64,000 nucleotides of DNA from an uncultured Pseudomonadota bacterium. Lineage in GTDB: Bacteria; Pseudomonadota; Alphaproteobacteria; RF32; CAG-239. The DNA lies in the NCBI GenBank assembly GCA_902763905.1, contig CACWUA010000001.1, forward strand, positions 66,291 through 130,290. The letters run 5' to 3'. Made by a program: the position numbers and the translations under genes. The notes under the pieces were generated by a model, which saw only the letters and a list, made by a program, of their open reading frames with translations, did no database searches and had not been told where the DNA came from. Each line of letters begins with the position of its first letter. Position 1 is the first letter of the stretch. Shown piece after piece: positions 1-8,398 of this stretch.

Positions 1-2106
1 TGGGATATAATCGGTAGTCTGAGTGAAGATTTTTTCAGCGGTATCGGGCAGCGTGACATTAATCGTACCCTGTTTGTGGTTGGTGATCGCAAACAATCCA
101 TTTATAGTTTTCAGGGAGCGGATCCGGATAAATTCGATATAATGTCCCAAAAATTTGCCGATAAATCAAAGCAAGCCGATAAACCGTTTGAACGAGTAAA
201 TTTGGAAATTTCGTTTCGTTCTGCGCCGGCGATTTTGGATTCGGTAAATCAAATTTTTGCTACCGAACAAGCTGCCGATGGTGTGGTAATTGAAAATCAT
301 AAAGTTGCGCATAAACCGTATCGCGTCGGACAGTTTGCCCAAGTTACGATAATGCCGCTACTTGAGCCGGAAAAAAACGAAAAGGTGCATATTGAAAACG
401 AATATTTGCGGCCGCCGGTAGAACGAGTTTATCAAACTGCATTAGTAACACAGATGGCTGAAAAAACTGCTCACAAAATACGGCAGATGATAGATGAAAG
501 TGCAGATTCTTCAAAACCTTTGCACTACCGCGATATTATGGTTTTGGTTCGTACCAGAAACGATTTTGTTGAAGAATTTATCCGCGCTTGCGAAAAGGAA
601 CATATAAATATATCAGGCGCAGATAAAATGATTCTTTCGGAACATATTGCTATTCAGGATTTAATATCCCTTGGCAAGTTTTTATTATTTCCGCAAGACA
701 GTCTTTCATTAGCCGAGGTTCTGACTTCTCCTCTTTTTTCCATAAATGAAGAATTGTTGGAGGATTTGTGTTACGGACGCGAGTACGGAGAGGAATTATG
801 GGACAGAATGCGGACAGAGCCGCGCTGTGCTGAAATATATAGTCAGTTGACAACTCTCTTAAATAATTTGGACTATGTACGACCGTATGAACTATTTAAT
901 TTTGTGTTATCGCAGATGGGAGGAAGACGCAAATTTATCGAGAGGATGGGACACGAAGTCGAAGATGCACTCGATGAATTTATGAATTTAACCATTGATT
1001 ATGAACAGAATCAAATACCGTGTTTACAGGGGTTTATTGCGTGGTTTGGAGAATATAAGCGTGAAATAAAACGTGAAAGCGATGATCAGGAAACCGATGC
1101 CGTGCGCTTATTGACGGTACACCACTCTAAAGGCTTGCAATCTCCTATAGTCTTTCTGCCGGATACCGGAACCGTACCGCAAAATGATAGATCCAATGAT
1201 TTTTTGCAAGATGATGATTTAGGTTATTATCCGCTTAATTCAGGATATTATGATGATATATGTACTGAAATCAACCGAAAAAATCAGCAAAAGTCGATGA
1301 AAGAATATCATCGATTGCTATATGTGGCCTTAACTCGTGCCGAAGATCAGCTCATTATTGGAGCATACGGCAAGAAAAATGCCGAATCATGGTATGAATT
1401 GTGCCGCAGCGCCCTTGCTTCGGCTGATGCTGCGGATAATGATGAAATTGTAAAAATATCTAAAGAATATATGCCGAAAAAACAAAAACACAAAAAAACA
1501 ATCGCCAACAGTGAAACTCCGTTGGAATCTTGGATTTTTGCAAACATGGAACCGGAAAAAACTTTGGCTAAACCATATACTCCGTCTAAAGAAGACAATG
1601 AGGAAGAACCGGATTCGTCATCTCCTTTAGCTTCAGGGCAAAATTTTTATCGTCGCGGAACACTTATTCACCGTCTGCTGCAGTTTTTACCGCAAAACAC
1701 CGGAGATCGCGAAAAGGCCGTTGATTTATATTTGCAAAAATATGGCGCTGATTTCAGCATACCGGAATGTCGGCAAATAAAAACTGAAGTTATGGCTCTG
1801 ATTGGTAATCCGGAATTTTCTGCGCTGTTTGGCAAATATTCAAGAGCTGAAGTGCCGATTATGGGCGAAGTTGATGGTAAGATTATCTCGGCGCAGCTCG
1901 ATCGTTTGGTGGTGCTGCCTGATAGAATAATGATTGTCGATTTTAAAACCAATCGTCCGGCCGGTCAATCAATCGAAGATACGCCTCGAGTATATATAAA
2001 TCAGCTCAAAACTTATGCAAAGCTGACGGCAGAAATATATCCGCACAAGCCGGTAGAAACTTATATATTATGGACCAATGAAACCAGATTAATGCGGGTT
2101 ACGTAA
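1..2106 (+). CDS. addA: AddA-type double-strand-break repair helicase/nuclease, 5'-truncated by window edge
   Basis: Frame is open from nt 1 (RTLFVVGDRKQSIYSFQGA = UvrD/Rep helicase motif III). Later LLTVHHSKGLQSPIVFLP and RLLYVALTRAEDQLII match motifs V/VI. C-terminal DRLVVLPDRIMIVDFKTN fits a PD-(D/E)XK nuclease core. trxA lies directly downstream, as in alphaproteobacterial addA-trxA loci. Confidence 0.85.
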   Translation, partial: WDIIGSLSEDFFSGIGQRDINRTLFVVGDRKQSIYSFQGADPDKFDIMSQKFADKSKQADKPFERVNLEISFRSAPAILDSVNQIFATEQAADGVVIENHKVAHKPYRVGQFAQVTIMPLLEPEKNEKVHIENEYLRPPVERVYQTALVTQMAEKTAHKIRQMIDESADSSKPLHYRDIMVLVRTRNDFVEEFIRACEKEHINISGADKMILSEHIAIQDLISLGKFLLFPQDSLSLAEVLTSPLFSINEELLEDLCYGREYGEELWDRMRTEPRCAEIYSQLTTLLNNLDYVRPYELFNFVLSQMGGRRKFIERMGHEVEDALDEFMNLTIDYEQNQIPCLQGFIAWFGEYKREIKRESDDQETDAVRLLTVHHSKGLQSPIVFLPDTGTVPQNDRSNDFLQDDDLGYYPLNSGYYDDICTEINRKNQQKSMKEYHRLLYVALTRAEDQLIIGAYGKKNAESWYELCRSALASADAADNDEIVKISKEYMPKKQKHKKTIANSETPLESWIFANMEPEKTLAKPYTPSKEDNEEEPDSSSPLASGQNFYRRGTLIHRLLQFLPQNTGDREKAVDLYLQKYGADFSIPECRQIKTEVMALIGNPEFSALFGKYSRAEVPIMGEVDGKIISAQLDRLVVLPDRIMIVDFKTNRPAGQSIEDTPRVYINQLKTYAKLTAEIYPHKPVETYILWTNETRLMRVT

Positions 2107-2194
2107 AAAATTGTTGTAATTATTTCGATTATATTTAATATAATAGAAATACGAACTATATATATTGCAAAATTAATCACATAAGGAGAAAAAA

Positions 2195-2512
2195 ATGACA
2201 CAACCTTTAACAGACAGCCAGTTCAGCGAAAATGTATTGAATGCAAAGGGATTGGTTTTAGTGGACTTTTGGGCGGAATGGTGTGGACCATGCCGTCAGC
2301 TCGGTCCGATTTTGGAAGCAATAGATAATGAGATTGGTAAAGATGTCAAAATCTATAAAATGAACGTGGATGATTCGCCGGAAATCGCAGGACAACTGGG
2401 GATTCGCAGTATTCCGACTATGTATCTGTTTAAGGATGGCAAACAGATAGATGTTAAAGTAGGCTTAAATACTCAATCTGCCATTCAGGATTGGGTTCAA
2501 TCATATAAATAA
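2195..2512 (+). CDS. trxA: Thioredoxin
   Basis: 105 aa with WCGPC active site and typical thioredoxin length. AAGGAG RBS upstream of the ATG. Confidence 0.95.
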   Translation: MTQPLTDSQFSENVLNAKGLVLVDFWAEWCGPCRQLGPILEAIDNEIGKDVKIYKMNVDDSPEIAGQLGIRSIPTMYLFKDGKQIDVKVGLNTQSAIQDWVQSYK

Positions 2513-2557
2513 AAATACTTGCAATTTTCAGCAGGTGTATTGATACAAACTCCGTAG

Positions 2558-2706
2558 GCAAGAGAAGAAAATTGCTTGCGGAGTTTCATTGTCTCTCTTA
2601 AAAAAATAACTCCTCGGTTATGGGGGCCGATTCGATATATGATCGGACTGATTGTATGCAGTTGTGAACTTTCCGTATTGAAAGATTAAAGGCGGTTTTG
2701 TTTTTT
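2558..2706 (+). ncRNA. Decayed fourth copy of the pseudoknotted RNA element family (see 18064-18439 and 21618-21762)
   Basis: Same order of blocks as the intact copies: hairpin GCAAG...CTTGC, GGAGT, AAAAATAACTCCTC, GGGGG, hairpin CCGAT...ATCGG, GACTG, GCAGTT, GAACTTTCC, then a T-run. The pseudoknot arms and the GGGGAG/CTCCC helix no longer pair. Confidence 0.4.
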
Positions 2707-2961
2707 AATTGCAACAAAAGGACGTTCCGGCAATAAAAATAAAAGCCTGTCGCATAGATAAACAAAGCATACGATAAATAGGTCGATAATTATGCCAGAT
2801 ACGCCAAGAGAGTAGAATGTATTTGCATAATGCTGCTTTTCGAATACATATTTCTGAAAAAGTTACAAAAGAAATGGAAATCTGCAAATTTATAAATATG
2901 TTTCGTTTTGCTGCGCAGTTGAATTTTACGGTAAATCCATGCGGATTATACTTGAGCAATT

Positions 2962-2996
2962 AAAAAACGCCGCATAAATTGAAGCGGCGTTTTTAT
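2962..2996. terminator. Bidirectional intrinsic terminator between convergent trxA region and rplQ
   Basis: AAAAAA-ACGCCGC-ataaattgaa-GCGGCGT-TTTTTA: a 7-bp GC-rich stem flanked by an A-run and a T-run, 18 nt past the rplQ stop. Confidence 0.75.
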
Positions 2997-3013
2997 ACCT
3001 TTGTTTCAGAAAA

Positions 3014-3472
3014 CTATTTGCTTTCCGTAACTTCGCTCTCTGCTTTTTCAGCTTCGGCAGCGGCAGCTTTTTCAGCGGCAACGCGAGCCAAATCTTTAGC
3101 ACCTTTAGCGTTAATATCACGATCAACCAATTCAATGATTGCCATCGGAGCGCAGTCACCATAACGGAAACCGGACTTCAACACGCGGGTATAACCGCCG
3201 TTGCGTTCCTTATAGCGTTCGGCTAAAGTAGAGAAAAGTTTGGAAACAACTTCATCATTGCGCAAGAAACCTGCAGCCAAACGGCGACTGTTTAAATCAC
3301 CTTTTTTGGCATAAGTAATCATTTTATCGGCAAAAGTACGAAGTTCCTTTGCACGGGTTAAAGTAATGGTAATTTGTTCGTGCGTCAACAATGCACCGGT
3401 CAAATTAGAGAACAAAGCTCTTCTTTGACTTTTCGGCATATTAAATTTTCTATGTGCATCACCATGTCTCAT
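3014..3472 (-). CDS. rplQ: 50S ribosomal protein L17
   Basis: N-terminus [24 protein letters not shown] and ...[24 protein letters not shown]... are characteristic of L17. Lys/Ala/Glu-rich C-terminal tail. Confidence 0.93.
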   Translation of the reverse strand: MRHGDAHRKFNMPKSQRRALFSNLTGALLTHEQITITLTRAKELRTFADKMITYAKKGDLNSRRLAAGFLRNDEVVSKLFSTLAERYKERNGGYTRVLKSGFRYGDCAPMAIIELVDRDINAKGAKDLARVAAEKAAAAEAEKAESEVTESK

Positions 3473-3682
3473 GGGTGTTTTCCTTTCATTTTCTCTGTGC
3501 TTTGCTGGGCAAAGCGGATTAATCCAGCGCTTTTACTACGGTTGCCCGAAGGCTCATACATAAAAGCGATTCGTTTTTCGAGAGATTCACTAACATATAA
3601 TTTTTTGAAATGCAAGCAGAATCTGTAAAAACAGGCATAAAAAAAGCCCGCCGCAGCGGACTTAAATTTAATTTTTTGATAA

Positions 3683-4150
3683 TTACGCGGAGCGAGCACG
3701 GTCCTTATTGATTTTCAGCGGTTCCAACTTAGCCACCTTTGTATTATCCAAAACTTTGGCTTCGTTTTGCTCGTTGATGATAAGCGGATTGTTAAAGCCG
3801 CGTTCAATAGCCTCCACCAGCGGATTTTGTAAAGACGGAACATTTTCTGCTTCCTGCATCGGCACCATCGGCTGAGCAAAAATCTTTTTGAACGTATCCA
3901 AACTTGCACCGGAATACTGTTCAACCGCTTGCGCATAATCTTTCATCGGCGTCAACGGCATCTTAAAATCACTTTCCAGCGATTCTTTGGATGCACCGGA
4001 ATGTTCACGAACAGCGTAAGAAGTGTTCATTTCCAGTAGTTTTGCTCCGCCGATGGAGAATTTATCTGCCTTTCTTTCCATATCTCTCATTCCTAAATTA
4101 TAAGCCAACATTTGATGAATTTTCTTCATCCTTTTGTCTAACTGTAACAT
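3683..4150 (-). CDS. Hypothetical protein (155 aa), no recognisable domain
   Basis: Only long ORF in this interval. Followed by a short GC hairpin plus T7 run (about 3650-3670, minus sense). Start codon uncertain. Confidence 0.45.
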   Translation of the reverse strand: MLQLDKRMKKIHQMLAYNLGMRDMERKADKFSIGGAKLLEMNTSYAVREHSGASKESLESDFKMPLTPMKDYAQAVEQYSGASLDTFKKIFAQPMVPMQEAENVPSLQNPLVEAIERGFNNPLIINEQNEAKVLDNTKVAKLEPLKINKDRARSA

Positions 4151-4270
4151 GTATAAAATATTTTGTCAAGAGAAATCGAAAAAAAATTACAATTTGTTAT
4201 AAAAGTAACTATTTTGTTACGAAATATGCGTAAAATCTGCGTAAAATGAACTGATAAAAGGAACGACAAA

Positions 4271-5842
4271 ATGTCTTTATTCAAATCAATTGCAACTTTC
4301 GGCGGATTTACTCTTGTCAGCCGTGTGACCGGTTTTGTACGCGATATGGTGTTGGCGTATTTTATGGGGGCAGGGGCAATGGCAGATGCTTTTGTGGTGG
4401 CGTTTAAATTGCCTAATTTGTTCCGCAGTCTGTTTGCCGAAGGTGCCTTTACCAGTGCGTTTGTGCCGCTGTTTTCCCAAAAGTTGGTGGGAGAAGGCAA
4501 GAAAAGAGCAGTGTTTTTTGCCGCGCAAGCGATGATGATTTTGGCGGTAATTGTCGGACTTTTGGTTCTGTTGTTTGAATTGTTTATGCCATACGTAGTA
4601 GCTGTTTTGGCCCCCGGATTTCATGATGATGCCGGCAAAATAGAGTTGGCGGTCGAACTTTGCCGTATCACGTTTCCGTTTTTGTTGTTGATTTCCATTG
4701 TATCTTTTCAGGGAGGAATACTTAACTCGTTTGAAAAATTTGCGGCACCGGCGGTGGCACCGGTGATTCTGAACATAACAATGATTTTATCGGCGTTTGT
4801 GTTTGTGCCTTTTATGCCGACTGCAGCACACGGATTCGCACTCGGTATAACGGTTGCCGGTGTTTTTGAAATGCTGTGGCTCTATCTTAATTTACGACAC
4901 ATCGGAGTAACTTTGCCCCCATATTTGCATTTGATTAAAATTGTGCGTAATCCGGAAATTAAAACACTATTCAAGCGCATAGCACCCGGAGTTGTCGGTG
5001 CGGGTATATATCAAATCAATATGGCGGTTGATACGATTTTGGTATCGCTTGCCGGAACCGGAGCAATTTCTTGGCTGTACTATGCCAACCGCTTGCAACA
5101 GTTGCCGCTCGGAGTGGTTGGTGCCGCCATCAGTGTCGCACTTTTGCCGATTCTCTCAAAGTATTTGAAAACGGATGATTTAGAAAATGCGCGCGCCACT
5201 CAAAACCAAGCGATCGAATACGGCTTGTTGCTGTCATTGCCGGCGGCTGTGCTGCTGATTGTGTTGGCTCATCCGGTGGTAAAATTTTTGTTTCAGCACG
5301 GAGCGTTTGCTGCGCATGATGCAAAAATGACGGCGTACGCGGTAATAGCTTATTCCATAGGGTTGCCGTGTTATGTTTTGGCCAAAGCCATGATGCCTAA
5401 CTTTTTTGCCAGAGGCGACACGGTAACACCGGTTAAATATAGTTTTTGGGTATTTGTTACCAATTTAGTGTTCAACATTATTTTGATGCAGTGGTTCGGA
5501 CATGTCGGGATTGCCATGGCAACGACGATTGCGGCCTTTGTTTCGCTCGGACAATATATTGTCGGACTTAAAAAACGCGGTTACTGGCATTTTACGGCAC
5601 CGCTTATCAAGCAAACAGTAAAAATTATTGTTGCATCGTTTGTCATGGGAGCAGTGGTTTGGCTGTTAAATTCCTTATTATTGCAGCACTTTCCGTTGTT
5701 TCTTAAGAGCAAAATGCATCTTTTCTGCGGTTTGGCGGTTGACGGCATAATTGCACTTGCAATTTTGCTGATAATGGTTAAAATATTGCATATTATAGAT
5801 TTTCGGCAGTTGCTGAATATGGCAAGGAGAAAGCATGGCTAA
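4271..5842 (+). CDS. murJ: Lipid II flippase MurJ (MviN family)
   Basis: N-terminus FGGFTLVSRVTGFVRDMVLAYFMGAGAMADAFVVAFKLPNLFRSLFAEGAFTSAFVPLFS is the conserved MurJ signature. Polytopic membrane protein of 523 aa. Confidence 0.93.
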   Translation: MSLFKSIATFGGFTLVSRVTGFVRDMVLAYFMGAGAMADAFVVAFKLPNLFRSLFAEGAFTSAFVPLFSQKLVGEGKKRAVFFAAQAMMILAVIVGLLVLLFELFMPYVVAVLAPGFHDDAGKIELAVELCRITFPFLLLISIVSFQGGILNSFEKFAAPAVAPVILNITMILSAFVFVPFMPTAAHGFALGITVAGVFEMLWLYLNLRHIGVTLPPYLHLIKIVRNPEIKTLFKRIAPGVVGAGIYQINMAVDTILVSLAGTGAISWLYYANRLQQLPLGVVGAAISVALLPILSKYLKTDDLENARATQNQAIEYGLLLSLPAAVLLIVLAHPVVKFLFQHGAFAAHDAKMTAYAVIAYSIGLPCYVLAKAMMPNFFARGDTVTPVKYSFWVFVTNLVFNIILMQWFGHVGIAMATTIAAFVSLGQYIVGLKKRGYWHFTAPLIKQTVKIIVASFVMGAVVWLLNSLLLQHFPLFLKSKMHLFCGLAVDGIIALAILLIMVKILHIIDFRQLLNMARRKHG

Positions 5843-6971
5843 AGCAACAAAACGCGATAATAATAAAAATATTGCGACGTGGAAAGACGGGTTTGATACT
5901 TTTTTCGCGGCCGTAAAGACGCTGTCTTTTGCCAAAGTTCGGCGAAAATTTATTGATTTCAGTAAAAAATTTCGGCGAGACTATTGGCCAAATGCGGTTA
6001 ATTCTGTTCGAAAGTATTACAGCAAAATAAAGCCAAAATTTCTAAGCGCTGAAAAATGGTTGCTTAAACTGATCCGCCATTGGCGATTCTTAACGATATT
6101 TTTGCCGTCATTTATATTTTTCTACTACTTAATGGGAAGTATGATTGCCGAAAAGATAGATGTTTCTACCGAATATAAACCGCAATCCAAGCATTTGCCA
6201 ATGTTTGAAACGGCAGAAGCTATGTCATTTTTACTTAAACGAGAAGTTGATGATAAGATGTGGACTCCGAATTTGCCGTTTATCTTTCCGGCTTATGTAC
6301 TGGATAATATGCCTAATTTCCAAATCGGAGTTGTCCGCGGAGTAAAAGAAATAATTCCTGCAGTTCGCAATTTTGAGCGCAATACCGATGCCCAGAACAA
6401 AGATATAAAGTCTGCTTATAAATTGCTCGCTTATCCACCCGATATATGGCTAATGTCACGCAAAGGCAATTTTAATCTGGCTCCGTCATCTAATGCGCAG
6501 TACCGCAAAGCTGCAGCGGAGTTACATCGTTTCGGTAAAGATGGGGCATTTTTTTCGATGAAAAAAGATTTAGATATTTTGTTACAAAAAATCAGTAAAA
6601 ATTTGCAAAATATAGTGACTCGCAATGAAGAACAACAACGTGAAAAGTCATCAGACTGGATTGATACCACTTCGGACGATTTATTTTATTTTGGTAAAGG
6701 ATATGCCTTTGCGCTGTGGCAAATCTCTAAAACGGCAGGTGCGGATTTTAAGGATATAATTTTGAAGAATAATCTTTATACCGAGTGGACATATTTGGTT
6801 AATTCTCTAAAAAAAGCTGCGGAACTTAATCCTTTGGTGGTACGTAACGGAACTTCTGACAGTACATTTGTACCGAATCATTTGTTGATGCAGAATTTTT
6901 ATTTGCAGCGGGCGATAATCTCTGCCGAGAGAATTCGCCTCGGATTAGCGGAAGAAACAAATGCAGATTAA
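5835..6971 (+). CDS. Membrane-anchored protein, probably DUF2333 family
   Basis: One N-terminal TM segment (WRFLTIFLPSFIFFYYLMGSMI). The YVLDNMPNFQIGVVRGVKE block resembles the LDNMPN-W/F-E/Q-xGV motif I recall for DUF2333. Overlaps the murJ stop (operon). Confidence 0.5.
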   Translation: MAKATKRDNNKNIATWKDGFDTFFAAVKTLSFAKVRRKFIDFSKKFRRDYWPNAVNSVRKYYSKIKPKFLSAEKWLLKLIRHWRFLTIFLPSFIFFYYLMGSMIAEKIDVSTEYKPQSKHLPMFETAEAMSFLLKREVDDKMWTPNLPFIFPAYVLDNMPNFQIGVVRGVKEIIPAVRNFERNTDAQNKDIKSAYKLLAYPPDIWLMSRKGNFNLAPSSNAQYRKAAAELHRFGKDGAFFSMKKDLDILLQKISKNLQNIVTRNEEQQREKSSDWIDTTSDDLFYFGKGYAFALWQISKTAGADFKDIILKNNLYTEWTYLVNSLKKAAELNPLVVRNGTSDSTFVPNHLLMQNFYLQRAIISAERIRLGLAEETNAD

Positions 6972-7482
6972 AGTAGAAGAACTTAGTGATATCATAAATT
7001 TCTATCCGCAGCAGACAATTGATGTTGATAGCAGAATTTTGGTGGCGAATAAAGATACTATACCATCTGCCGCATTGTGCCGCAATATTTTGGAACTGGA
7101 TGCGGCAATGCGGATTTTGCTGACATCGGATTTAATTTCCGTAAAACATAGCGCAACGGATATTGAAACTTTTAAGATGCTGATTATGGCGGAAATTGAT
7201 GACTATTTTACCATTCCATATTGTATATCGGGTTCTGCGGATAATTTGCCCCTAAAAGATTATGCCGAAGCTTTGGCCGATGCCATAATTCGTCCCACTT
7301 TAAAGCGCGATAAGGGTGATATCATCATTCACAATATCGATAATGGAACAATGGAAATGTCTTTTGCCGGGCACTGTGCCGGCTGCCCTTACGCACAAAA
7401 CACATTGCATAATGTGGTTGCAAAAACTTTTATGCGCTACTTGCCGCAGATAACAGAAATAAAATTACGGGAGAAAAAATGA
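6961..7482 (+). CDS. NifU/Nfu-type Fe-S cluster assembly protein
   Basis: C-terminal MEMSFAGHCAGCPYAQNTLHNVVAKTFMRYLPQITEI matches the NifU C-terminal CxxC domain. The N-terminal part fits an Nfu_N-like scaffold domain. Confidence 0.75.
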   Translation: MQIKVEELSDIINFYPQQTIDVDSRILVANKDTIPSAALCRNILELDAAMRILLTSDLISVKHSATDIETFKMLIMAEIDDYFTIPYCISGSADNLPLKDYAEALADAIIRPTLKRDKGDIIIHNIDNGTMEMSFAGHCAGCPYAQNTLHNVVAKTFMRYLPQITEIKLREKK

Positions 7483-8381
7483 AAACAGTAATCATAAGTT
7501 TGCTTTCTTTCTTTTTTATAATCGGAACCGCTTCGGCAGAAATGATTACGGAATATGAAGACGGCGCTTTGATTATAAAGAAAGCGTCGACAAATGAAGT
7601 CAAAGATTTTTTTCGGCGCCACCCTTATGAATACGCAGTACAACAGGCGGAAATACCCAAAATTTATTTTAAGCGGTTGCCGTACGACTGGAATCGAACA
7701 CCGGAAAATGCAGCTAAAAACCGTACTTTTATCCGAATTCTGCTGCCGCTCGTCTTAAAAGTAAATGAAGAAATATTGCAAGACAGAAATAAAATTATTG
7801 AACTTTATGGCAAGCTCGATATAGAAGGCCAACTTTCTAAGCAAGATGAGGAATATATTCAAAAACTTGCTGCGTTGTATGATGCTTATACACCTATGAA
7901 AGGCACCGAAGGATTGAAAATTCTAATAAAGCAACTGATAAATAAAGTAGATGCCGTGCCTCCTTCAATTATGATTTCGACTGCTGTAATTTATTCAAAT
8001 TGGGGAACTTCAAAATTAGCTGTGGAAGATAATTCTCTTTATAAAGAGGAGGTTTGGTACACCAATCAAGGGCGCAAACCACAGGATGACGATGACGGTG
8101 ATTACCGCTATAAAATTTATACCGATTTGGAAGATGGTATCAGAGCGCGTGCTTTGAAAATAAATTCTCATATCAATTATGATTATTTTCGCCATACGCG
8201 TTTACATCAGCGGAAAATGGGAAAAGACCCCAACGGTGTAAGCTTGGCTGCACAGATGATGTTTGACAGCAACATAAAAAACATCGGCGGTATGATTGAT
8301 TACACGCTTTCGTTTTATAAATTGCAATATACGGATTCATCTCCGCGATTGGTTGATTTTATCATCGATGAGCAACCGTAG
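7479..8381 (+). CDS. Secreted glucosaminidase-domain (Bax-like) protein
   Basis: Signal peptide MKTVIISLLSFFFIIGTASA. AVIYSNWGTSKLAVEDNSLYKEE resembles the ESGWGTS...NNLFG core of mannosyl-glycoprotein endo-beta-N-acetylglucosaminidase domains. Confidence 0.6.
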   Translation: MKTVIISLLSFFFIIGTASAEMITEYEDGALIIKKASTNEVKDFFRRHPYEYAVQQAEIPKIYFKRLPYDWNRTPENAAKNRTFIRILLPLVLKVNEEILQDRNKIIELYGKLDIEGQLSKQDEEYIQKLAALYDAYTPMKGTEGLKILIKQLINKVDAVPPSIMISTAVIYSNWGTSKLAVEDNSLYKEEVWYTNQGRKPQDDDDGDYRYKIYTDLEDGIRARALKINSHINYDYFRHTRLHQRKMGKDPNGVSLAAQMMFDSNIKNIGGMIDYTLSFYKLQYTDSSPRLVDFIIDEQP

Positions 8382-8398
8382 AACACAAGGAATATACA

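Noticed and set aside
2810-2959. 49-codon plus-strand ORF as a remnant of a third HTH paralog
   Set aside because: Only a faint spaced-residue echo of the HTH C-terminus is present, and the N-terminal helix-turn-helix part is not recoverable in any frame. This is too weak to call a pseudogene without an alignment tool, so it is mentioned only as context for the decayed RNA copy.
2705-3164. Small ORFs (84, 78 and 61 aa) in the trxA-rplQ spacer and across the rplQ 3' end
   Set aside because: They overlap the bidirectional terminator or rplQ itself, have no RBS, and give low-complexity translations. The region is better explained as non-coding (decayed RNA/HTH module plus terminator).
3683-4150. 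Possibility that the 155-aa ORF upstream of rplQ is a fragment of RpoA (its LAYNLGMRDME loosely recalls the RpoA C-terminal GLSLGM)
   Set aside because: No other RpoA C-terminal-domain motifs are present. The ORF is bounded upstream by the divergent murJ promoter region, so no rpoA body exists here.
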